Part shown: piece after piece, positions 55,573-64,000 of the stretch
Position numbering within the stretch: position 1 is the first letter of the stretch
Layout of the letters: every line of letters begins with the position of its first letter
Assembly: GCF_009914755.1 (NCBI RefSeq)
Contig: NC_060936.1
Length of the DNA stretch: 64,000 nucleotides
DNA from: the human T2T-CHM13v2.0 reference genome, Homo sapiens
Strand: one strand, 5' to 3'
Position numbers and translations under genes: made by a program
The notes under the pieces: model-generated
Databases searched by the model: none
Seen by the model: only the letters and a program-made list of their open reading frames with translations
What the model was told of the DNA's origin: nothing

Positions 55573-55947
55573 TGTGTGCCTATCTTCCATCTTCCCCTTC
55601 CAGATATACTCTCTACGGTCCTCTATCTGACATGAACAGGCTGCTGTGCTCTCTGGCTTCCTACTGCCATCAGCAGTATTGAGACCCCTGGCCTTCTGCC
55701 TAAATAGTCACCTGCTCAAGGTCACCTCCTCTACCCAATTCCACGTTGCAGTGACCTCTCTATCTTTCTGCAGGTCTAGGGATGATAAGAGCTCTACTAT
55801 TGTTAATTCCAGGTTACAACGCCGTCCCTGGCATTCCCCAACTCCCTGCCAATCCCTTTGTAAATGGTTTCTCTATACATATGCCCACCTTGAATTACCC
55901 TAATTGGGGTGTGCTATTTGTTCCTATTGGGACCCTAACTGGTTATC
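55573..55947 (+). mobile_element. LTR33-like ERVL solo LTR
   Basis: tatcttcc..ccccttccagat...gaattaccctaattggggtgtgctatttgttcctattgggaccctaactg. Confidence 0.55.
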
Positions 55948-55949
55948 TG

Positions 55950-56335
55950 GAATTGCCACCACCATGTCTTCTGTGTTATTTGCTTTCCTTGCATGTATCT
56001 GTCTTCTCACAGCCATGTGGCTTGCTCCCTGTTTTCCTCAAATATTACATCAGGAAGACCTTCTCCGACTACTCTATTTAAAATACCTTCCCACTCCCAC
56101 TTCATTTTCATCTCCTTTATTTGCTCTATTCTTTCTCCTGACCCTTATCCCTACACGACATCCTATCCATTGTATTTACTTCTTGGTTTATTTTCTGTCT
56201 TCCGTAACTAGAAAGTAAGCCCCTTAAGGGCAGGAATTTGTGTCTGTTGGATTCACTACTCCATTCCCCAGGTCCACAACATGAATGTCACATAGTAAGT
56301 GCTCAGTAAATACGTGTTGAATGAGTGAATGGATG
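55950..56335 (+). mobile_element. L2 3' end
   Basis: ctagaaagtaagccccttaagggcagg...gtgctcagtaaatacgtgttgaatgagtgaatg. Confidence 0.75.
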
Positions 56336-57037
56336 TTATACTGGGAAGGGCTCAGCTTCCACCTCTTCTGGGAAACTTTTTCCAATAACTTTATCCATTT
56401 CCTAATTAAATTAGTTAAAAAGCAATGACAAAGAGTCAAGAAACCTAAGTTCTAAACCCATTTCCAAAGTTCTAGCTGTGTGTATGCCAGTTAATCTCTC
56501 TGTTGTGAAGTTAATTAACATCTGCTGAAGCTACTTTGCTGGCAGTTTAAAGGATCAAATGAGATAATGAGCGTTAAGGTGTTTTGAAAAACATACAACT
56601 GCAAGCATGCAAGGAGTCCTTATTACTTTGGTGACAGTAACACCTCATTTATCAGAGGCCTCTTATCTGGTTATCTCAGCTCTCACAACAGAAAACCCAG
56701 AAACAAGAAAAAAATAAATGAGCAGCTAAAATAGATCTCACAAAACCTACTTTCTAATGCGATGTCCCTTTTCCACAGCAGAATCCTTCAGACCTCCTGC
56801 CATGCATTTTACACTCTCTTTACCCAAAATTCTAATGAGCTTGTTTTTCCATCTCCCACACTGCAAAGCGAAACTGAGATAGCAAAACTCGGGGAGGGAG
56901 GTTACCAGAGTCAAGAATTCAAGAAATCAGAGCAGTGTGGGGCAAACAATCCTAATAATGCTTTGATAATTCTTGAGAGAACATGAAAATCATTATGTTC
57001 TTAATGATGATCTTGAATAATCCAGAAAATTTGTCAT

Positions 57038-57123
57038 ACGCCTTTATGTGGAGAATATATGTAGACATGTTCTACATAAGACGCCTTTATGTGGAGAATA
57101 TATGTAGACATGTTCTACATAAG
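57038..57123. repeat. Perfect 43-bp tandem duplication containing a quasi-palindrome
   Basis: (acgcctttatgtggagaatatatgtagacatgttctacataag)x2. Confidence 0.95.
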
Positions 57124-59678
57124 CAAGCAGGAAATTGTGTGATAGACTTTAGAAAGATTTCTGTACAGAAAGATATTGCTGTAGGCAGCAAGAGCTACAC
57201 CCCTGACCATATTCCCCCTTTCACTTTGGTTCAAGGTTAAATTTGCAGTTCAACTGTAGAAACTAGAAGACATTATGGTTTGCATATGTGTTCTATTTTC
57301 TTCCTCCTAGTTTTGACATTCTATTTTAATTTATTTTCTCTGGTTCTTATTTTTCAATTTATTTTTATACTATGCTGTCTTATTGTTTTTCTTGTAAGCT
57401 ACCCCAGAAATTTTGTGGAACAAGGCAGGAATATAAATATATCACTACATACTACTTGTATATAGGTTAAAGCTTTGTAAAAGTAGGCATTCAATAAAAA
57501 CGTATTGTCTACAAAGAAAAAAGAGACATTACTAGATAAACAGGAGTGTTTCCAAGTTATTACTATCTTTAGTATCTTTTCTATTTTCTAATATTTAAAT
57601 TGGGTACAATGGGAAAGAGAATTAGCTTTGTAAGTTGGTTGCAAAAGAAATGACCATACAAAAGATAATCTGAGGGTGAAGGATCAATGAAAACACCTAC
57701 GATTCCAAATCCAGTCCTGTTCTCCCTTTCTCTCTCTCTCTTTTTTTTTTTTAATGAGGAAACAACCTTCTGGAGGAATATAAGCCGATTCTAGTCACTC
57801 ATGCTTCTCTTCCACCCCTTATAAGCCAGAAAGAAAGGCAATAAAATCTAAATTTACCCTGTGGCTCAGGCCTCCATATTATCTTGGGGCCTCATGGAGT
57901 TATCACATTCCTCATTTTTTTTTTTATCTTCTAAATAAGATTGGTAAGTTCACCAAAGAGCTTAGAGGGCACTTGGTCTTCATGGGCAGAAGTCAACCCA
58001 CTGGAAATCTGGCCTTTGGGTTCTCCTCTGCTGAGAAGTAGAGTTCAGTCACATGTCTCTTGTTACAAAGCTAGTAAGTCCTCAGTGGCTACTGTGAAGT
58101 TAACAGACTCTAAAGACTCAGCCTAATTCCACTCCTACTCTGTAGCATCCCAAAGGTATTGGAAATACGATTAGAGCAAGAGTACCCAAGTTCTAGACTC
58201 ATTTCTGACTCAAGATGTAACCCTGGGCAAGTCACGTATCCTCTTTGTGCCCATCTGTAATTGGAGATGATCACTCCTGACATACGTAAGTTTCCTGGGA
58301 GCAATGATTTACATTGATACTTAGACATATAGAGACATACACATGGACATTAATTGCCTCCTCCCCTGTGTCCCAACTGCACTCTGTATGTATCTCTATT
58401 ATAGCACCTACCACATTGCCTCATCACAATCTGTTTCCACGTCTGTCTGCATGGCTAAACTAAGAGCCCCTCAAGGGTAGAAATTATGCTAAACTCAGCT
58501 TGGCATCCCTCCGTTTCTCTAACATCATTTGACACATAGCAGGTGCTCATTAAATGTTTTTTGAATGTCAAAAAGGAAAGACAAAATTATAAATACAACT
58601 CAAAAACAACAACAAAATCCTGACATTTGACTTTGAGACATCACCAAAAAACCCTCAGATTCTCACACACACAATAAAAAACCTCAATGTTAAAGCAGAG
58701 GGCGTCTAGTCTCTAGTGGCCTTCCAACAACCTGGGGATTGTCCCCCAAAATAAACTTTTGTTTTTAGGACTTTCCAGTTTACAAAACAAGCTAACAGCC
58801 GCTTATTTCATCTTTACAAAAACTCTGCAAGATAGATATTATTATCCCCATTTTACATAAAAGTAAGCTGAGATGCAGAGAGGTTATTTGTCCATGAACA
58901 CACATAGTCAGAAACTGACCAGAAACTGCTGTGGGACTAGCAGGCTGGGCATTTTTAAATTAATCCATTCAATCAAATCAACTGAGTAGAATGTGTGAGA
59001 CACGCAGTGAGGTGCACTGGGGCATAGAAGATGACTCAGAAATATCTCAAGGACTCACTGCCTTAGGAGTCTAAGCCACGGGTGTAGAAAACAAGCAAGA
59101 AAGAGATTCGGTTTGATAAGAGCTCCAAGGAAAGGGCTTTAAGGAAAAATCTGGAGGACAGCGATGTTTGATGTGGGGATAGGCATCACTGAGATTGGGG
59201 AAAAACACAGGCAGGACATTCAGGAAAAGGAAACAGCATGAGCAAAGACAGAGAAAAAAGTGGTCATATTAACAGGAAGAGGAGCAGGAGAGAGAGAGGA
59301 GAGAAGTGGATATGCTATTTTGAGGTTCTGGTGAACATCTAAGTGGTGGTATCCATCCAGCAACTGGAAATGCAGGGCTGCAATTGGTGAGAGAAACAGG
59401 AGCAAAAATAGATGGCTGCAAGTCATCTATATAGAGAAAATAGAGAGTGCAAAAGCCAAAGGAACTTGGAAGCTGACAACATCTAAAATGTGGAAGAAGG
59501 AAGAGAAATCAAGGAAAATGTGGCCCATGAGGCAGAAACAGAAGGAGAGCAGTTGAGTAGGTCAACAGCACCTTCCAACAACTATCAGAAGATGGAGGTG
59601 CAGTAAAGAAGGCTTGGAAGGATGCAGGAAGTTGTGGAAGATGAAGACTGAGAAGAAAAAAACATGAACTATGGGAGG

Positions 59679-60037
59679 TGTGATGGTTAATACTGAGTGT
59701 CAACTTGATTGGATCGCAGGATGCAAAGTATTAATCCTGGGTGTGTCTGTGAGGGTGTTGCCAAAGGAGATTAACATTTGAGTCAGTGGGCTGGGAAAGG
59801 CAGACCCACCGTTTAATCTGGTGGGCACCATCTAATCAGCTGCCAGTGCAGCTACAATATAAAGCAGACAGAAAAACATGAAAAGACTATACTGGCCTAC
59901 ATCTTTCTCCTGCGCTGGACCCTTCCTGCCCTCAAACATCGGACTCCAAGTTCTTCAGTTTTGGGACTCAGACTGGGTTTCCTTGCTCCTCAGCTCATGG
60001 GAGCTTGTGATCATGTGAGTTAATACTTAATAAACTC

Positions 60038-60092
<55 letters not shown>

Positions 60093-60154
60093 ATATGTAA
60101 TAGGATATATATATATATCCTATTAGTTCTGTCCCTCTAGAGAACACTAATACA
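59679..60154 (+). mobile_element. MLT2A (MLT2A1-like) 5' LTR of HERV-L
   Basis: TGTGATGGTTAATACTGAGTGTCAACTTGATTGG start and ...ctaataCA end. TATAAA 59858-59863, AATAAA 60029-60034, internal (TA)n. Directly followed by HERV-L internal sequence. Confidence 0.93.
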
Positions 60155-60197
60155 GATTTTCTACCAGGAGTGGTTCTAGAGGAACAGAATATTAAGG

Positions 60198-61746
60198 ATG
60201 GAGTTCTTTCATTGGTTTTGGGGTTTCTGGAGTTGGCTGCTTAATATGATTAGACCCCAAAATGCTAAGGACTCTACTTCTAATAGTATGGAGAACACTG
60301 ATAGTCCTTGGCATGAACTGTTTAGAGAGTTATGCAAAATAAATGCATTTGACACTCCTGATTCACTGCTCATGACAGGCAAGGAGATTAGTGACTCTGT
60401 ACATAATACCTTTGACCATATGCAGGGAACCAAGGAACATAATGAAGCGGTTGGTTGCTCCTAAGTTCAGTGGACAAAGTGATGAAAGAAAATGATGAAC
60501 TCAGGGATTCTAACTCCCAACTTCAAAAGCAGATTCTGAGCATCAAATCTGCTAAGATGGCCCTGAGTGACAGTCTTATCTCCTGAAGACAAAGAGCTGA
60601 AATTGTGGAAAAACAGACACAAGCTCTTATCATGCGAGTGGCTGACCTGCAGTGAAAGGTGCATTCACAGCCTCTCCAGGTATCTACTGTTAAAGTCAGG
60701 GCATTGATTGCAAAAGAATGAGATGCAACAGTGATGGCCTCCCCTGAGGCAGTTGCCAGGCAAAATAATGTTGATTCTCCTCAGGAGCCACCCCCAACAC
60801 CCCTGTTTGCTTCTAGACCTATAAATAGACTGAAGCCCCAGTGGGCCCTTAGATGTGAGGTTGACAGTATGACCCACGAGAAGGTGCACTACATTAGAAA
60901 AGAACTGCTTGAGTTTTCTAATTTATATAAACAGAAATCTGGATAACAGGCATGGGAATGGATATTAAGGATATGGGATAATGGTGGAAGGAACATAGAG
61001 TTGGATCAGGCTAAATTTATTGATTTGGGCTCATTAAGTAGGGACTCTGCATTTAATGTTGCAGCCTGGGGAGTTAAAAGGGGTTCTAATAGTTTATTTG
61101 CTTGGTTAGCTGAAATATGGATTAAAACATGGCCCACTGTGGTGAGCTGAAAATGCCTGATCTCCCTTGGTTTAACGTAGAGGAAGAGATCCAAAGGGTT
61201 AGGGAGATTGGGATGGTGGAGTGGATTAGTCACTTTAGACCTACTCATCCTAGTTGGGAAGTCCAGAAGATATACCCTTGACCAATGCCTTGTAAAACAG
61301 ATTTGTGAGGGCAGCACCTGCATCTTTGAAGGGCCCTATAATCACTCTTCTCTGTATGTCAGATCTAACAGTGGGAACCACAGTCACTCAACTATAAAAT
61401 TTAAATACAATGGGAATAATTGGATCCTGAAGTGGCAGGGGCCAAGTGGCAGCACTCAACCATCAAAGGCAAGGTGGGTGTACCTACTGTAATGGACAGC
61501 AGAGGCAAAGCAGCAATCAGAATAATCTGACTTATGTAGAGCTCTGGCATTGGCTTATTAATCACAGTGTTCCTAGAAGTGAAATTTATAGGAAGCCTAC
61601 TGCATTCCTACTTAATTTATATAAGCAGAAAACTTCTAGGTCAAATGGACAAAAGACTAATTTGAATTATAAAAACAGAGAATCATGGCCCATCAATCAA
61701 TTTCCGGACTTGAGCCAGTTTACAGACCCAGAACCCCTTGATTGAA
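60198..61746 (+). pseudogene. HERV-L gag, disrupted by stops and frameshifts
   Basis: Fragments MEFFHWFWGFWSWLLN...DSPWHELFRELCKI; ELLEFSNLYKQKSG; AALNHQRQGG...ELWHWLINH.VPRSEI. Confidence 0.88.
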
Positions 61747-64000
61747 GGGGAGGTTGGGTCCCCTTGAGGAAGGACCCCACTATACTACTGACAATTTATG
61801 CTGTTAATCTTTCTCCCATCCTTCCCCAAGGAGACCTCCAGCCTTTTATCAGGGTAACTGTGCATTGGGGTAACTGTGCATTGGGGAAAGGGATATGATC
61901 AGATTTTTGGGGACTACTGGTCATTGGCTCTGAGATGACGTTGATTCCAGGGGACCCAAAACGTCATTGTGATCCTCAAGTTAAAGTAAGGACTTATGGA
62001 GGTCAGATAATTAATGGAGTTTCAGGTCAGGTCTGACTTACAGTGGGTCCAGAGGGTCCCCAGACTAATCCTGTGGTCATTTCCCCAGTGCCAGAATGCA
62101 TAATTAGCATAGACATACTTAGCAGCTGGCAGAACCCCCACATCGGCTCCCTGACTGGTAGGGTGAGAGCTACTATGGTGGGAAAGGTCAAATGGAAGCC
62201 ATTAGAGCTGGCTCTACCTAGAAAAATAGTAAATCAGAAACAATATCGCATCCCTGGAGGGTGTGCAGAGATTAGTGCCACCATCAAGGACTGAAAGACA
62301 CAGGGGTGGTGATTCCCACCACATCCCTCTTCAACTCTCCCATTTGGACTGTGCAGAAGACAGATGGATCTTGGAGAATAACAGGGGATTACTGTAAGCT
62401 TAACCAAGTGGTAACTTCAATTGCAGCTTCTGTACCAGATGTGGTTTCATTGCTTGAGCAAATTAACACATCTCCTGGTACCTGGTATGCAGCCACTGAC
62501 TTGGCAAATGCCTTTTCCTCCATTCCTGTCCATTAGGCCCACCAGAAGCAATTTCCCTTCAGCTGGCAAGGCCATTAATACACTTTTACTGTCCTCCCTC
62601 AGGGTTATATCAACTCTCCAGCTTTGTGTCATAATCTTATTTGGAGAGACCTTGATCGTTTTTCGCTTCCACAAGATATCACACTGGTCCATTACATTGA
62701 TGACATTATGCTGACTGGATCCAGTGAGCAAGAAGTAGCAAACACACCAGACTTATGGGTGAGACATTTGCATGCCAGGGGATGGGAAAAAAATCTGACT
62801 AAAATTCAGGGAACTTCTACCTCAGTAAAATTTCTAGGGGTCCAGTGCTGTGGGGCCTGTCAAGATATTCCTTCTAAGGTGAAGGATCAGCTGCTGCATT
62901 TAGCCCCTTTTACAACCAAGAAAGAGGCACAACACATAGTGGGCCTATTTGGATTTTGGAGGCAACACATTTCTCATTTGGATGTGTTACTCCGGCCCGT
63001 TTATCAAGTGATATGAAAGGCTGCCAGTTTTGAGTGGGATCCAGAATAGGAGAAGGCTCTGCAACAGGTCCAGGCTGCTGTGCAAGCTATTCTGTCACTT
63101 GGGTCACATGACCCAGCAGATCCAATGGTGCTTGAGGTGTCAGTCACAGATAGGGATGCTGTTTGGAGCCTCTGGCAAGTGAATCACAGCGCAGGCCTCT
63201 AGGATATTGGAGCAAGGCCCTGCCATCTTCTGCAGATAACTGCTCTCCTTTTGAGAGACAGCTCTTGGCCTGTTACAGGACTTTGATGGAAACTGAACGT
63301 TTGACTATGGGTCATAAAGTCACCATGGCACCTGAACTGCCTATAATGAACTGGGTGCCTTCTGACCCATCTAACCATAAAGTGGGTCATGAACAGCAGC
63401 ATTCCATCATCAAACGTAAGTGGTATATATGTGATTGGGCTCAAGCAGGTCCTGAAAGCACAAGTAAGTTACATGAGAAAGTGGCTCAAATGCTCATGGT
63501 CTTCATTCCTGCCACCCTGCCGTCTCTTCCCCAGTCTACACCAATGGTCTCGTGGGGAGCTCCCTATGATCAGTTGACAGAGGAAGAGAAGACTCAGGCC
63601 TGGTTCACAGATGGGTCTGCACAATACGCAGGCACCACCCAAAAGTGGACAGCTGCAGCAGCACTACAGCCCCTTTCTAGGACATCCCTAAGGACAGCAG
63701 TGAAGGGAAATCTTCCCAGTGGGCACTTCGAGTAGTGCACCTGGTTGTGCACTTTGCAAGCAAGGAGAAATGGCCAGATATGCAATTATATACTGATTCA
63801 CGGGCTGTAGCCAATGGTTTGGTTGGATGGTCAGGGACTTGGAAGAAGCATGATTGGAAAATTGGTGACAAACAAATCTGGGGAAGAGGTATGTAGATGG
63901 ACCTCTCTGAGTGGTCAAAAACTGTGAAGATATTTGTATCCCATGTGAGTGTTCACCAGCGGGTGACCTCAGCAGTGGAGTGGACAGGATGACCTATTCT
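61747..64000 (+). pseudogene. HERV-L pro-pol (protease, RT, RNase H), disrupted
   Basis: Protease site GLLVIGSEMTLIPG (61911). RT: [33 protein letters not shown] (~62690). RNase H: WFTDGSA (63601), YTDS (~63789). Confidence 0.92.

Larger units (their letters stand above)
60155..64000 (+). mobile_element. HERV-L (ERVL) internal region, antisense to ANO2, truncated by the window edge
   Basis: Leader gatttt.taccaggagtggttctagagg followed by gag, protease, RT and RNase H remnants in order. Confidence 0.93.

Noticed and set aside
62043-63735. HERV-L pol ORFs (76-190 aa) as a functional or domesticated gene
   Set aside because: Fragmented by stops and frameshifts, and the protease catalytic Asp is lost.

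Overview
Primate (human-like) genomic DNA lying entirely inside the minus-strand gene ANO2 (TMEM16B, Ca2+-activated chloride channel). Only three short coding exons are present: 48901-48956, 47640-47681 and 41098-41162. All have GT-AG boundaries and join in frame to give (G)[53 protein letters not shown](R), from the N-terminal cytoplasmic region before TM1. The rest is intron filled with interspersed repeats: old L1, L2, L3 and MIR, four Alus, DNA-transposon relics, LTR33/MLT1 LTRs, an ERV1-type internal fragment, and a decayed MLT2A/HERV-L provirus that runs off the right edge. There are also two long low-complexity tracts, a ~460-bp CA-rich tract and a ~1.1-kb purine-only tract. Nearly all ORFs in the supplied track are spurious or retroelement remnants. 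I see no evidence for a novel multi-gene system. The most interesting leads are candidate cryptic or poison exons next to the UG- and CU-rich sense-strand tracts, the MLT2A LTR as a possible regulatory module, and several recent micro-duplications and palindromes. Repeat subfamily names come from recalled consensus sequences, and repeat boundaries are approximate unless termini or TSDs are cited.
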